DNA of 64,000 bases from Aureliella sp. (GTDB lineage: Bacteria; Planctomycetota; Planctomycetia; Pirellulales; Pirellulaceae). The notes under the pieces are model-generated. The model was given only the letters and a program-made list of their open reading frames with translations. It was not told where the DNA came from and searched no databases. The stretch's first letter is position 1; every line of letters starts with the position of its first letter. The DNA lies in the NCBI GenBank assembly GCA_963691875.1, contig OY829846.1:288001-352000 (forward strand), in the 5' to 3' direction. Position numbers and translations under genes: made by a program. Below are positions 9,005 to 20,543 of this stretch, one piece after another.

Positions 9005-11845
9005 CTACTTTACGACAATATTCACGAGGCGGCCGGGAACGACTATAGTTTTTACTATAGTTTTGCCGGCTGTCAGCTCTTGGAGACGCTGATCGGCCAT
9101 AGCCAACTTCTCCATCTCATCCTTGCTGCATTCTGCAGGCACAGTCATTCGACCTCGGACTTTCCCGTTTACTTGCAAAGGAACTTCAACTTCCGCACTC
9201 TTGGTGGCGGACTCGTCGTACTGCGGCCAACCTTCATAGGCCAAAGATCCTTCATGTCCTAAGATCGACCACAACTCTTCTGCCAAGTGTGGAGCCATCG
9301 GGGAGAGTAACAAAATGAATTGTTCCAATGCCGCACGAGGACGAACTTGTTGCTTAGTAAAGAAGTTGACAAACTCCATCAAGCGAGCAATCGCCGTGTT
9401 GTTACTCATCGTCTCCAAATCACTTGTAACTGCTGCAATGGTCTTGTGGAGAACTTTATTTTGCTCTTTGTTGCATTCGACGTCTTGGATGGAATCAAGC
9501 AATGCAACATCGTCGGCTTGATAGTCCACAAACATACGCCAAACACGGTCTAAGAAATTCTTAACACCGCTGACGCCAGACATGCTCCAAGGTTTGGTTG
9601 CCTCTAACGGACCCATGAACATCTCGTACAACCTCAAGGCGTCGGCACTGTAGTCTCGGACAATCTCATCCGGATTGACCACATTGCCGCGACTCTTGGA
9701 CATCTTGTATGCCCGGCTGTCGACGCGAATTGATTCGTCGGACGTCAAGACAAAGGAATCGCCTTTCTTGGTGACGTCTGCTTCGTCAACCGAGACGGAA
9801 GTTACCTCTTCACCAGACGCTTTGTTGACCAACTTGCCTTCTTCGTTCTTCTTGAGTTGCTTGAAGCTTATCCATTGGTCGTGCAATTTGTAGCCCGTGT
9901 ACTCGACGTTGCCCAAGATCATGCCTTGGTTGACCAACTTTTGGAAAGGCTCTTGGCTGCTCACATGGCCGCGATCGTACAAGACTTTGTGCCAGAATCT
10001 CGCGTACAACAAGTGCAAGACCGCGTGCTCGGCGCCACCGACGTATAAGTCGACTGGCCCCCACGCTTTCTCTTTTTCAGGAGCGACAAATGCTTCCGTG
10101 TTCTGCGGGTCGATAAATCGCAAGTAGTACCAGCACGAGCCAGCCCACTGAGGCATCGTATTGGTCTCTCGGCGATAACGCCTGCCGTCCCGTTCTACAT
10201 ACAACCACTCGTCGGGCGACTTGCCAAGTGGAGGTTCCGGTTTGCCATGTGGCTTGTAGTCTTCCAAGTGTGGCAAGTCGACAGGCAACTCGCTCTCGTC
10301 AACTGCTCGTATTGCACCAGTTAGATTTCCGTCGTCGTCTAACTCGTGCAAAATCGGGAAGGGCTCGCCCCAGAAACGCTGTCGACTAAACAACCAGTCT
10401 CGCAGCTTGTAATTCACTGCTTCGTTGCCTGTTCCGCCAGCGGCGAGTTGTTGTGTAATCTTCGGCTTCAGTTCTTTAGTTGTCGTTCCGTTGAACTCAC
10501 CAGAGTTCACCGCGACGCCCACGCCGACAAAGCACTGGGTGCCGGACAATACCGCTTCGCGATCAGCTTCCCCATGCTCAGTGCCAGGGTCGACGACTGC
10601 AACTATCGGCAAATCAAATTGCTCAGCGAACTCGTAGTCCCGATTGTCGTGGCAAGGAACGGCCATGATGGCGCCCGTTCCATAGCTAGCCAAGACATAG
10701 TCAGCGACCCAAATCGGAATCGGCTTGCCATTCACCGGATTGATGGCATAAGAGCCGGTGAATACACCGGTCTTCTTTTTCGAATCGTCCTCGGTGCGTT
10801 CGCGATCGCTCTTAAAAGAGGCAGCTTGGCAGTATTGAGCTACCGCTGACTTCTGTTCTTCAGTTGTCAATTTTGGCACAAATTTATGTTCGGGCGCGAT
10901 AACCATGTAGGTTGCACCAAACAACGTGTCGGGGCGCGTCGTGTAGATCCGCAAGAAGGCTTCGTCCAACTTCTGTGGCATTCCGGATTCAGCGCGACTC
11001 GCCTTCCAGTCTGTGAAGTCGGCCTCCGCACCCAGGAAGAAATCGACTTCCGCACCGGTACTGCGACCGATCCAGTCTGCTTGCAGTTTCTTGATACCTG
11101 GGGACCAATCCAAGTCCTCCAAGTCACCCAATAATCTTTCGGCATAGGAAGTGATACGCAACATCCACTGTCGCAGTGGAATGCGTTGCACTGGATGGTC
11201 GCCGCGCTCGCTCTTGCCATCAATGACTTCTTCATTGGCCAGGACAGTTCCCAAGTTCGGGCACCAGTTGACCAAGGCGTCATCCTGGTAGGCCAAGCGG
11301 AATCCATCACGATACTTCGCGACTGCATCCTCGCCCTGGGCCTGAACTTTATCTGGAATCGGCAACTCCGAAATTGGCCGACCTTTGTTCTGCTCAGGAT
11401 CGAACCAAGTATCGAACAACACCAAGAAGATCCACTGCGTCCACTTGAAGTACTCGACATCTGTGGTGGCCAGAACGCGATCCCAATCATAGCTGAACCC
11501 AAGCATCTTCAATTGACGCGTGAACTCAGCGATGTTCTTCTCGGTCGAGACGCGAGGGGGCGTGTTGGTCTTTATGGCATGCTCTTCAGCGGGCAAGCCG
11601 AATGCATCAAAGCCCATCGGATGCAACACGGTCTTGCCTCGCATGCGGGCGAATCGGCAGACGATGTCTGTGGCCGTGTAGCCTTCCGGGTGGCCGACGT
11701 GCAAGCCTTCGCCACTCGGATAAGGGAACATGTCCAAAACATAGAGTTTCTCGCCCTCAGGCATTTCCGGAGTGCGAAAAGTCTTGTTTTCTTCCCAGTA
11801 CTTTTGCCACTTGGGCTCGATTTCAGCGGGATTGTATCTTGGCAT
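9005..11845 (-). CDS. leuS: Leucine--tRNA ligase
   Basis: [14 protein letters not shown] (HIGH), [10 protein letters not shown] editing domain, [27 protein letters not shown]-terminal QVNGKVRG. Confidence 0.98.
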   Translation of the reverse strand: MPRYNPAEIEPKWQKYWEENKTFRTPEMPEGEKLYVLDMFPYPSGEGLHVGHPEGYTATDIVCRFARMRGKTVLHPMGFDAFGLPAEEHAIKTNTPPRVSTEKNIAEFTRQLKMLGFSYDWDRVLATTDVEYFKWTQWIFLVLFDTWFDPEQNKGRPISELPIPDKVQAQGEDAVAKYRDGFRLAYQDDALVNWCPNLGTVLANEEVIDGKSERGDHPVQRIPLRQWMLRITSYAERLLGDLEDLDWSPGIKKLQADWIGRSTGAEVDFFLGAEADFTDWKASRAESGMPQKLDEAFLRIYTTRPDTLFGATYMVIAPEHKFVPKLTTEEQKSAVAQYCQAASFKSDRERTEDDSKKKTGVFTGSYAINPVNGKPIPIWVADYVLASYGTGAIMAVPCHDNRDYEFAEQFDLPIVAVVDPGTEHGEADREAVLSGTQCFVGVGVAVNSGEFNGTTTKELKPKITQQLAAGGTGNEAVNYKLRDWLFSRQRFWGEPFPILHELDDDGNLTGAIRAVDESELPVDLPHLEDYKPHGKPEPPLGKSPDEWLYVERDGRRYRRETNTMPQWAGSCWYYLRFIDPQNTEAFVAPEKEKAWGPVDLYVGGAEHAVLHLLYARFWHKVLYDRGHVSSQEPFQKLVNQGMILGNVEYTGYKLHDQWISFKQLKKNEEGKLVNKASGEEVTSVSVDEADVTKKGDSFVLTSDESIRVDSRAYKMSKSRGNVVNPDEIVRDYSADALRLYEMFMGPLEATKPWSMSGVSGVKNFLDRVWRMFVDYQADDVALLDSIQDVECNKEQNKVLHKTIAAVTSDLETMSNNTAIARLMEFVNFFTKQQVRPRAALEQFILLLSPMAPHLAEELWSILGHEGSLAYEGWPQYDESATKSAEVEVPLQVNGKVRGRMTVPAECSKDEMEKLAMADQRLQELTAGKTIVKTIVVPGRLVNIVVK

Positions 11846-12438
11846 GATCGATTCAGATGTTTTCGAAGCGGGGATTCAGCCCTGAGGGCGTTCTCGGTCA
11901 CGAAGGGGTTCCGCCAAGAGTCTCGAAACAGCGAGTTCCGGCGAAGGATTTTAGGCGAGATCTTCTACACTGTGAGAACAACGCTAACCCTATGTTTTGT
12001 TCTCGATTTGAGCCAGTGGGGAACTTGAGAACAGGAGCTTGAAGCTTCAAAAAGGTTCGCGATTTTCGTTTGACTGGGCAGCAAACTACTTTTTGCCCGG
12101 GGTTCCGTCGACAAGCCACGCAACGACTTGGCGGAGAAAGTCTTGGTTGTGCGGCGAGGTTCCCGAGTTCCGGCCAAATCCACGACCTGAGCCAGAATTC
12201 CGCGCGGTGAACGTCGCTGCATCACCAAAAGCGGCGACTCGACGCTTTCCCAGCTTGCCACCCGCAACGACTCGCTATCTGGGTCTAGCCAAGTAAGCAA
12301 CCTTGGTTGTTCTGGCGAATTTCCTGGCTTGTTTTGGTTCGAGACTTCTGGCCGCTAGGCAACTCCAGTTAAGGAAGCCACTCTTTGGCCCCTGCGGAAC
12401 GCGGCGTCTGTGAAACATTCTACCTACTTTACCTCGTT

Positions 12439-13071
12439 CTAGAGGAAGGGCTTTCCCAGCTGCAGGTTCTTTAGCACCAAGCCGGAATCTATTTGGAAAG
12501 GTAGATTGCCAAGTTTCACTTTGCCGACTTCTTCACCTTCTACAACAGCGATTCCGTTGGACCAATCGTCTACGCCTAGCCACTTACCAAGTTCGCTGGC
12601 GGCACCTGGGAAGGGTATGTTGTCGGAGACAGTAATAGGCGCCCTCCGGCCCCAAACCACTTCATGAACGCGTCAATCTCCACTCCTTCAAAAGCAGAGG
12701 GCGTTGGCATGCTCCAATCGTCAGAATTCCGTTCTGACACAGCATTTGCGATCACTGGCAGATCCACATCTGCAAGTGTTTCTTCCGCACACGCTTGGTT
12801 TGGGACAGTTATGCGATAGCCGTCCGTCCCTAGCACTCTGCCCAATGCCGAGTAATGAACAACAGCAGTATGAAAGTTGTGATGAGCTTGATGCAATCTG
12901 AACCATTGTGCCGCCGCCACTTACCAATCGCAGCTCCATCGCAAGAGGTTTGAATTCCCGATCGGACATTTGCTGTGCAAATAGGAATGTTTGTGGTGCT
13001 ATTAAAACAAAGAGCGTGAAGTGCGGTAGTTTTTGCCATAAAGACGGTGAGACGTGACCGTCGGATGTCAA
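12439..13071 (-). pseudogene. Frameshifted, truncated gene of a secreted DUF4350/GATase-like family
   Basis: Three consecutive frames join into one recognisable protein: signal+AQQMSDREFKP...GGGTMVQI | (E)AHHNFHT...DGYR...VIANA..RN..DWSMPTPSAF...GGRLLL | SDNIPFPGAA..LGV..WSNG. Shifts near 12895 and 12630. Family name is from memory of homologues. Confidence 0.6.
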
Positions 13072-13190
13072 TGCGGTCGGGAATCCGGCAGAAATCCCAG
13101 AGCAGATATCCTACACCCTCGGAATTCCTCGAAACACGCTTTCGGGCTCAAGCAGTGCTGGAATTCCCGCCACATTCGAACCCGTATACG

Positions 13191-13225
13191 AAAAAAGGCT
13201 GCTAGAACGATTGTCCTTGCAGCCT
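13191..13225 (-). terminator. Intrinsic terminator of the DUF1571 gene
   Basis: aggctgc/gcagcct stem followed by a U tract on the minus strand (A6 on plus), about 30 nt after the stop. Confidence 0.6.
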
Positions 13226-13252
13226 CGCGTTGCCTGTCGTGTTACTTTTCGC

Positions 13253-14125
13253 TTAGAAGCGGTACTTCGGATTCTTCTGATCGAAGTCCTTGTCAGTTAG
13301 TCCGACATTCGTTTTCACGTTCATGTACGTGTACTCTTCGAGCAGTTCCTTTTTACCACCAACTGTCTTTGGCCAATCGAAGGCAGCATAGCGAATTGGA
13401 ATGTTCAACTCGTTGTCGATGAAGATTTGAGCTTCGCAGAAATCGTAGCAGGGTTTTCTGTCGCGGTGTCGAACCGTTAAGACTGTGCAGTCTCGTTTGG
13501 CGACCTTGGCACCTCGGCTGAACTGTACTTCGCAGGGGCCTGCCTTCTTATCTCGCTCGCCTTTTTCGATGAGCTTGACGACAAGGTTTTCGATTCCCAT
13601 TTCAGTAATCGGGTAACGCTGGCCTTTCATCGCCAAGATTCCAGTTGGATCGAGCGTTACTGTTGGCAGGAAGCGTCCTGTCATACCGCCTTCGTGAGCA
13701 ATTAAGTTGCCTTTATTCTCATTCTCGACATAGATGACTTCGCGCCCCTTTACTTCGTCGGGTCCCAGGAAAGTCAAATAGACACTGAATGGCACCTTGA
13801 CTTGGCCGGCGTCGACTTGGCGATTTCGAATCTTGGCTCCCATATATTCATAGTCGCCGAGTACACCGTTGACGCGTTCCCGTTTGACGACAATGGCCTG
13901 ATAGTCCTTGATGCTCGAACGTATGTTGGTGAGACTCGCGTAAGCCATCTTGAGGGCCGGGTCGAGTGCGTGCGGAGGTGCGACGCGTGGCTGAAAACCG
14001 GATCGTTCCTTTGTCGCAATGCGATCAGATGGACCTTCCTGGCCGAATAAGATGGGCGAGAAGAGGAGTGTTCCCCCAATGAGAGAACCTTGGGCCAAGA
14101 GTTTACGACGACTAAAATTTTGCAT
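13253..14125 (-). CDS. DUF1571 domain protein, Tat-like signal
   Basis: KDY.A..VKRERV.G.L, PFSVYL, GREVIYV, RYPITEMGIENL, LLEEYTY..VKTNVGLTDKDFD..NPKY. ATG at 14125 gives MQNFSRRKLL (twin-Arg). The longest ORF starts at 14221. Confidence 0.85.
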   Translation of the reverse strand: MQNFSRRKLLAQGSLIGGTLLFSPILFGQEGPSDRIATKERSGFQPRVAPPHALDPALKMAYASLTNIRSSIKDYQAIVVKRERVNGVLGDYEYMGAKIRNRQVDAGQVKVPFSVYLTFLGPDEVKGREVIYVENENKGNLIAHEGGMTGRFLPTVTLDPTGILAMKGQRYPITEMGIENLVVKLIEKGERDKKAGPCEVQFSRGAKVAKRDCTVLTVRHRDRKPCYDFCEAQIFIDNELNIPIRYAAFDWPKTVGGKKELLEEYTYMNVKTNVGLTDKDFDQKNPKYRF

Positions 14126-14751
14126 GCTTTCACCCTTCCTGGGGAAATCCAACGGCTTGCTGGGCGGTGCGAGCAACGATTCATTCGCTGCCTCTAAAAC
14201 ACGCCACTGAGATTGGCTCAATGTTTAGTTCGGATAAGTCAGTAGCTCATCCTCAGTTTTCCCAAACATGCAGTCCTGACTCGGAGACTCCTGCCATGTA
14301 GCCCAGGCCGCACAGCTCGGATAACCCATAAGGTCCGAGGTTAGCATGAATGGATTCTTTGTAGATATGGCAATCCGCAGCTGTTTTTGAAAACTTGCCG
14401 CACTTTATTTGGCTTTGCTGTAGCGGCGGATGGTTCCTGTAGAGCGAAGATTGAGGATTTTTCCGGCTGTTTGGTGCCTCATGTACCGTTGGTGCTACTA
14501 CAGTCCGCAAAAGCGCTCGTCTTTCGCAAATCTTCGACTGCCGTTCATCCGGCGACGATACTCCCCCTGTAGATGACGTTGCCAGCATTTAGCAACCTGT
14601 CCGTATTCCCTCGTCGAGCGTTGGCCTGAGCCAGAGTCACTACCCCAACGCTGATCCACGATGAAGCGGAGGCCAGGTGTGCGAGTTGCTGAGTTTTTCT
14701 CGTCACTGTGGCAAGTTATCGAATACTCCCAAACCTAGGCACGCAATACTG

Positions 14752-15669
14752 ATGTCAGAAACGAATGAATTTCAAGACGAGAAGGAGGCAGTCAAGGAGG
14801 AACTGCGCGCCAGCCGTCGTAAGAAAAACCCAGCTGATACCACACCTCAATCTCCCCTTGAGACTTATCTCCGCGAGATCAACGAGACGCCACTACTTTC
14901 TGCTGCCGAAGAGCAGGATCTTGCTCGGCGGATTGGCGGTGGAGATCCGATGGCACGAGATCACATGGTTCGGGCCAACTTGCGTCTCGTCGTTAATATT
15001 GCGCGTGGTTACGTCGGAAAAGGCCTTGGTCTTCAAGATTTAATCGAGGAAGGCAACTTGGGATTGCTCCGGGCCGTTGAGGGCTTCGATCCTAACGTTG
15101 GCACGCGTTTCAGCACCTATGCGAGTTACTGGATCAAGCAGTCGATCAAACGAGCTTTGATCAACTCGGCGAAAACGATCCGCATTCCAGCCTACATGGT
15201 TGAACTTCTAAGTAAGTGGCGGCGTGCCTCAGCTCGGCTTTCCGAAGAACTTGGGCGTTCACCGACTCAGGAAGAAGTAGGGCGAATCCTCGGATTGCCA
15301 CGCAAGAAGTTGCCAATCATTAAGAAGGCAATTCAGATTTACAACAGCACGCCACAGAGCGATCAGACCGATGCTGGTTGGTCTTTGGGCGAGATGGTGA
15401 TGGATGAGCGTCTGAAGGCTCCGGACGAGGAGCTGTTGGATCACGACGTATTGAGTACGGTTCTCGAGTTGCTTGAGAATCTGGATACTCGAGAAGCAAC
15501 CGTTCTGAAGATGCGTTTTGGACTTGGCGACTCGGAATCGCATACGTTGAAGGAAATCGGCAGCGAACTCGGGCTGACTCGCGAACGCGTTCGTCAGATC
15601 GAGACCGAGGCACTAGCCAAGCTGGCTGACGGCCTGCGTGATCCCAAAGAGCGGGCTGGATTGGTTTAG
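14752..15669 (+). CDS. RNA polymerase sigma-70 factor, RpoD/RpoS-like (no region 1.1)
   Basis: YLREINETPLL, ANLRLVVNIA, DLIEEGNLGLLRAVEGFD, RFSTYASYWIKQSI, IRIPAYM, TLKEIG..LGLTRERVRQIE. ATG at 14752 preferred. Confidence 0.93.
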   Translation: MSETNEFQDEKEAVKEELRASRRKKNPADTTPQSPLETYLREINETPLLSAAEEQDLARRIGGGDPMARDHMVRANLRLVVNIARGYVGKGLGLQDLIEEGNLGLLRAVEGFDPNVGTRFSTYASYWIKQSIKRALINSAKTIRIPAYMVELLSKWRRASARLSEELGRSPTQEEVGRILGLPRKKLPIIKKAIQIYNSTPQSDQTDAGWSLGEMVMDERLKAPDEELLDHDVLSTVLELLENLDTREATVLKMRFGLGDSESHTLKEIGSELGLTRERVRQIETEALAKLADGLRDPKERAGLV

Positions 15670-15962
15670 GACAGCCAAGGGCTTGTGCCCGACCGAGTGG
15701 CGTTACCTTTCATCCTTGCGGCCTCGCGTCTCTACGGGACTATCACAAAAGAACGAAACCGCGTGCGGAGACGCGTTGGGGCTGAATGGGCAATCTAGTG
15801 TTTTAAATTCGTGAGCCGTCCGTGCTAGCCGGGCCAGGATTTTCTTGGTTCAGCCCGGAGCGTTTATGGCTCACTTCGGTATGTGAAGCGATGATAAATG
15901 CTGGTTGGGCAGAGATGAGGTTTGGCCAGACGGGAATTGTTTCTTTTGCCAATTCTGGTCGG

Positions 15963-17063
15963 CTACTGCTTCAAATGCTTGTCGAAGAATTTCACGCAAC
16001 GCTGGACTAACTCTTGGGGCGGGTCTTTAGCACCACCAAAACCGTGACCTCCGCCGACGACTTTGTAGAGTTCTGATTCGACTTCGTGCGCTTCCAACGC
16101 AGCATAAAGTAGCTCGCTTTGATTGAAGGCAACGAGCATGTCTTTGTCTCCGTGCATTAGTAGCATGGGCGGATCCCCTGCACTGACGTGAGTGATCGGA
16201 TTAGCTTGAGCTACTTTGTCCTTGCTTTCTTGAATGGGACCGCCGATGAATCGCGATTCGGGCGAGTCAGGAGCATCGTGATCAATATTGCTCGGGAAAT
16301 CATTCATCCTCAAGAAGTCTGAAGGTCCGTACCAATTGCATACTGCCTGAACCGCCGGCGACGCTTGCTTGCAAATCGGGTGCGTGTTGAAATCCTCGAT
16401 ATCGTTTGTTGTTCCCATCAAGGCCACCAAGTGTCCGCCAGCGGAACTTCCCCACGCACCGAATCGCTCTGGATCTAGGTTGTGCTTCTTGGCATTCAGA
16501 CGCAAATAGCTGACCGCGGCTTTGCAATCTTCTATCGCCGCAGGAAAAATCGCTTCGCCGCTCAAGCGGTACTCAACAGAAGCCAAAGCGTAGCCGTGAG
16601 CCAGTAACGCTTTGCAGCGTCCGAGCCCATTCTTCGAGCCACTTTTCCAGCCGCCGCCGTGAATCCAAATAACGAGGGGTAAAGGCTGCTTGGCCTTCTC
16701 TGCTCCCTCTGGCAAATAGAGATCTAGCGGAAGCTTGCGATCGCCGACGGTTTCATAAGTCAGATCGCGATGAACGGTCGTCCCCTCCGGTATTCCGCCT
16801 CGGGTTCTACCTTGACGCAGTTTACTTAGAAAAGCCCTATCTTCCTCCCGAGAAATCTTACCATCTCCGTTTCGGTCTGCGGCTTCGAAATTCCTGGCTG
16901 GTAGTTGCTTTGGAAATTCTGCCCTAGTCACAAAGCCGTTCCCATCCTGGTCCCATTTGTCGAAGGTGGACTGTTTCGAAGACTGTGCATTAACGTTGCA
17001 TGCGACAAGGCAAATCCCGGTTGCGAGCACCATCCTTGTGAATTGCTTTGATCGTGAAGCCAT
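15963..17063 (-). CDS. Secreted alpha/beta hydrolase (BD-FAE/HSL-like esterase) with N-terminal EF-hand pair
   Basis: Signal peptide, DQDGNGFVTRAEF and DRNGDGKISREE EF-hand loops, HGGGW oxyanion motif, GSSAGG nucleophile, HGDKD acid and GGHG His. Confidence 0.88.
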   Translation of the reverse strand: MASRSKQFTRMVLATGICLVACNVNAQSSKQSTFDKWDQDGNGFVTRAEFPKQLPARNFEAADRNGDGKISREEDRAFLSKLRQGRTRGGIPEGTTVHRDLTYETVGDRKLPLDLYLPEGAEKAKQPLPLVIWIHGGGWKSGSKNGLGRCKALLAHGYALASVEYRLSGEAIFPAAIEDCKAAVSYLRLNAKKHNLDPERFGAWGSSAGGHLVALMGTTNDIEDFNTHPICKQASPAVQAVCNWYGPSDFLRMNDFPSNIDHDAPDSPESRFIGGPIQESKDKVAQANPITHVSAGDPPMLLMHGDKDMLVAFNQSELLYAALEAHEVESELYKVVGGGHGFGGAKDPPQELVQRCVKFFDKHLKQ

Positions 17064-17421
17064 CTTGTTCTCTGGGGATTTGAAGCGTGTTTGCCTTGGT
17101 CTGCCAGCTATTGGAACCCAGGCGACAGAGTAATTCAAGATACGGAATTACCTATGCCACCCATCTTGGTGAGAAACTCTGGTACAATCCCTCGTTTCCT
17201 GCAGAGGAGCTTGACCGGCCAGATTCGCCTCTGGGGGGAGCAGTTTAGATGTTTCGAATTTTTCTGAAATCCTTTGTAAGGCATCTGCTAGCCGTTCGTC
17301 TCTCAGGGTAGAGCAGGTGTTGGTGAACGCTGTTGCCGTGTTGTCCGCGACTCTTTGGGTTGTTATCGCTGCTATTTTGTCGCTGCTATTGATCCTCGAC
17401 CTTGATTAAGGAAGCCACCCG

Positions 17422-18954
17422 ATGCTGGCCAAGCTAAATACGCTTTCGTTGCTAGGCATTGATGCGCCATTGGTCGAGGTGGAAGTGGATGTATCCTCTT
17501 CGCCACTGCCTAAGACAATGTTAGTGGGCTTACCCGAGCAGGCGGTGAAGGAGAGCATTCATCGGGTAGAACGTGCGATCGTCAATAGCGGATTCATGCG
17601 TCCGAGCGATCGAGTTGTCATTAACCTGGCTCCAGCAGAACTTCCGAAGCAAGCGGCATCCTTTGATTTGCCGATTTCACTGGGGATTCTGGCTGGCAGT
17701 GGGCAATTTCAGTCTGATTGCTTTCATCAGTATGCCGTCGTAGGCGAGCTTGCTCTCGAAGGTCACACGCGACCGGTCAAAGGAGCTTTGTCCATGGCCA
17801 TGGCCGCTCGAGACGCGGGCTATCGCGGAATTTTAGTGCCGCAAGAGAACGCATCTGAAGCGGCTGTGGTTTCAGAGATCGACGTCATTCCGATTTCAAC
17901 CTTGACCGAGGCAGTTGGTTTCTTTGCCGGAACGGTGCAGCTCGATCCTCAGCCTTCGCGTTTGGAAGAATTATTCGAGGAGTACAGCAACTATGAATCA
18001 GACTATGCCGACGTGCGTGGCCAAGAAGTAGCCAAGCGAGCTTTAACCTTGAGTGCAGCTGGCGCGCACAACTTATTGATGCTGGGTCCACCGGGTTCAG
18101 GCAAGACGATGTTGGCGAAGAGGCTGCCTTCGATTCTGCCGCAGCTGACTGCTGAAGAGTCGATTGAAACAACCCGCATCTATAGTTCATTAGGGCGATT
18201 GCAGGCGGGGCAGCCGTTGATGGCTCAGCGACCGTTTCGCTCACCGCACCACACGATCAGTAATGCAGGATTGGTGGGCGGAGGAAATCCGCCTGCTCCC
18301 GGTGAGATCAGTTTGGCGCATCATGGCGTTTTGTTTTTGGATGAGTTGCCAGAGTTTGACCGGCGTACGTTAGAAGTAATGCGGCAGCCGCTGGAGGACC
18401 GGACTGTTACCATCTCTCGAGCACAACGTTCGACCACTTTTCCAGCTAATTTCATGCTGATCGCTGCCCTCAATCCGTGTCCCTGTGGATTTAGGACTGA
18501 TCCGCGTCGCAGTTGTTCTTGCAGTCAGCCGCAAGTTGAACGGTATATGCAAAGAATTTCTGGGCCGTTGTTGGATAGGATAGACATCCATATCGAAGTG
18601 CCCGCGGTGCCTTTTCAGGAGCTCTCTTCACGCGAAACCGGAACCAGCACCAAGGAAATGTGTGATGCAGTGCTGGGAGCTCGGACGGTTCAAGAACAAC
18701 GGTTCATTGGCAGCAAGATTCTTTACAACGCCCAGATGACGACTAAACAATTGCGGGAGCATTGCCAGCTAGATTCGATGTGCGGCAATTTGCTCCGCGA
18801 TAGCTGTAATGAACTTGGTCTCTCCGCGCGAGCCCATGACAAGATCCTTCGCGTCGCACGAACCATCGCTGACTTAGAATCCAGCGAATCGATTTCCGCG
18901 GTGCATCTACAAGAAGCCATCAACTACAGGATGCTCGACCGTGATATCTTCTGA
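17422..18954 (+). CDS. comM: YifB/ComM family Mg-chelatase-like AAA+ ATPase
   Basis: VGLPEQAVKES, INLAPAELPK, GPPGSGKT Walker A, RSPHHT, PGEISLAHHGVLFLDELPEF, NPCPCG, GPLLDRID, LSARAHDKILRVARTIADL. Confidence 0.93.
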   Translation: MLAKLNTLSLLGIDAPLVEVEVDVSSSPLPKTMLVGLPEQAVKESIHRVERAIVNSGFMRPSDRVVINLAPAELPKQAASFDLPISLGILAGSGQFQSDCFHQYAVVGELALEGHTRPVKGALSMAMAARDAGYRGILVPQENASEAAVVSEIDVIPISTLTEAVGFFAGTVQLDPQPSRLEELFEEYSNYESDYADVRGQEVAKRALTLSAAGAHNLLMLGPPGSGKTMLAKRLPSILPQLTAEESIETTRIYSSLGRLQAGQPLMAQRPFRSPHHTISNAGLVGGGNPPAPGEISLAHHGVLFLDELPEFDRRTLEVMRQPLEDRTVTISRAQRSTTFPANFMLIAALNPCPCGFRTDPRRSCSCSQPQVERYMQRISGPLLDRIDIHIEVPAVPFQELSSRETGTSTKEMCDAVLGARTVQEQRFIGSKILYNAQMTTKQLREHCQLDSMCGNLLRDSCNELGLSARAHDKILRVARTIADLESSESISAVHLQEAINYRMLDRDIF

Positions 18955-19198
18955 GCCAGTGAAGGTAGTTTGTCCGAGCTTGTGGAGGAACCACGGCAAG
19001 AATTACACATGAGAAATCTTAGTGGATTCATGCACTGGCTTGCGATGCTACTATCGGTTTTTGCTCCCTGTCTGCGCACGTTTAATTCGTTAGTCTTGAT
19101 TTGGATGAGTCTTATAGCGTGTGTCCAGTATGTCATTGGGGCTATTCATTTTTGTCGCGATTGCATGATGTCGAGTTGATGACACTCGGGAGACTGTA

Positions 19199-19768
19199 AT
19201 GTCAAACGTCTGGACCGTGCATCGAGAAGAAATTGAGAGTGGGTGCTTGATGAGGCACGAGATGCTTTGCGGTGGCGAGCCTTTCTCCTATCGCGATGTC
19301 CTTTAGGGGGCCGCGGATGCGGGGGTTCGTGGTTCCCTCACCGGCCTCTTGGCTAGATCGGCTTTTGGTGCCTTTCGCTAGGAAACGTCGGCGGTAAGTC
19401 TCAATGGCTTCGATGAAGCGTTTGAGTTCGTCCTGATCGATACCCATTCCTGCGCTGGGAGGGCAACGGATGCGAGGACTATTAAGCAGTACTTTAACGA
19501 CTTATAGAAGAATGCGGGTGTGATCGCGTTCCCCAGTCTTCGAGGCGATAGTTGGATGGTTTTTACGTCACCTCGGATGGGGCTCAATGCTTGTGGACTT
19601 CTGGCGGCCTTTGTGCGTGGGGCGCCAACAGAGCACGTTGACGCATTATGGCAGTTGCTGGTAGAGCAAGCAGAAGAGCGTTTGGGTGCGAAGAAAATCT
19701 GGCTTATTATTGCGGTTGGCATAGCAGCTTGTTTGCATGCCAGAACTGATTCCCGCCCAAAGTACTAA
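19199..19768 (+). pseudogene. DUF6940-like gene interrupted by three in-frame amber stops
   Basis: One frame from ATG 19199 reads MSNVWTV...SYRDVL*...AFGAFR*ETS...FEFVLID...YFNDL*KNAGVIAFPSLRGD...LAAFVRGAP..VDALWQ...LHARTDSRPKY*. TAG at 19304, 19379 and 19505. Matches the remembered family pattern AFRWET/FEFVL/NLGGDA/LHVRLDSRPKYY. Confidence 0.65.
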
Positions 19769-19841
19769 CATTTCGAGCCGTATAAGAAGCAACGAAAGTT
19801 CCCGCTGAGACGCTTAGTCCCTCTTTTCCGATCGGGTTCCA

Positions 19842-20543
19842 ATGGAGTCAGTCTCACAGGTACAAGATGCTGCGGCGCCCGGCGATGACACACTCCGCCG
19901 CATCGGCATCATCGATATTTTCGGTGCGATAACGGTCGTCGCTTTGCTGTTGGCGGTCTTTGCGCCTTGGCTAAGAGAGATGGAGCCGCAGAGAATCTGG
20001 TGGTTTCTCGGGCTCGCAGCATTGCAATGGTCCGTAGCAGCGGTGGTCTTCTTGATCCAGTCTTACCGAAAGCGATCCGTTGAACAAACGAGTGGCAAGC
20101 GACTCGGAATCGGTCATCAAACGGAAAGAAGGCATTCTTCTTGGCCCAAGGTCAAAACGATCATGACACTTGTCATGATCGTTTGCACCCAGCTGTGCAT
20201 TTCATTCACTGCGGCCACACTGGTAAATGTTGATGACGGTGCCGGAAGAATCTCTTATGTTTTTGCAATGAATAGTATTCAATTGGGGATGAGTACTGGC
20301 TGGGTCCTTTTTTCGCTCTTGTCGGGCATTTATAGTGCCGCGGCGCTGTTCTATGAAAACGGAGTAAGTTTTCGGTTGTCTAAGCTGCAGACTTGGGATC
20401 AGCTAGAACTCAGGCACTCGACTGTATTCGAAGGCAGAGTTGTGATCGTAACTCAGGGCCTAATGCAGGACACTTTGGTGTTTCAAGTGCCGACAGAACT
20501 GCGAGCAAAATTGATTGAGATGGGAAAACTGCCTCGGGTGTGA
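19842..20543 (+). CDS. Hypothetical membrane protein (about 4 TM helices plus a C-terminal soluble domain)
   Basis: 233-aa ATG ORF with hydrophobic segments. The N-terminal 'I.DIFGAITVVALLLA' is typical of planctomycete membrane proteins. Confidence 0.65.
   Translation: MESVSQVQDAAAPGDDTLRRIGIIDIFGAITVVALLLAVFAPWLREMEPQRIWWFLGLAALQWSVAAVVFLIQSYRKRSVEQTSGKRLGIGHQTERRHSSWPKVKTIMTLVMIVCTQLCISFTAATLVNVDDGAGRISYVFAMNSIQLGMSTGWVLFSLLSGIYSAAALFYENGVSFRLSKLQTWDQLELRHSTVFEGRVVIVTQGLMQDTLVFQVPTELRAKLIEMGKLPRV

Noticed and set aside
11186..12028. 280-aa plus-strand ORF and similar long antisense ORFs (6027-6713, 45610-46341, 59905-60588, 63259-63978)
   Set aside because: They lie opposite well-supported genes (leuS, fmt, metK, DUF1553, transposase) and have no recognisable motifs, so they are shadow ORFs.
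11846..12438. Possible T-box leader upstream of leuS
   Set aside because: No T-box AAGGTGGTACCGCG-like sequence or terminator/antiterminator seen on the minus strand. The region holds only degenerate REP-like palindromes.
19199..19768. Amber (TAG) recoding to explain three in-frame TAGs
   Set aside because: TAG is the normal stop of many intact genes here (A2M, proC, leuS, sigma factor, ptsN, metK), and one TAG matches a TGG-to-TAG change.
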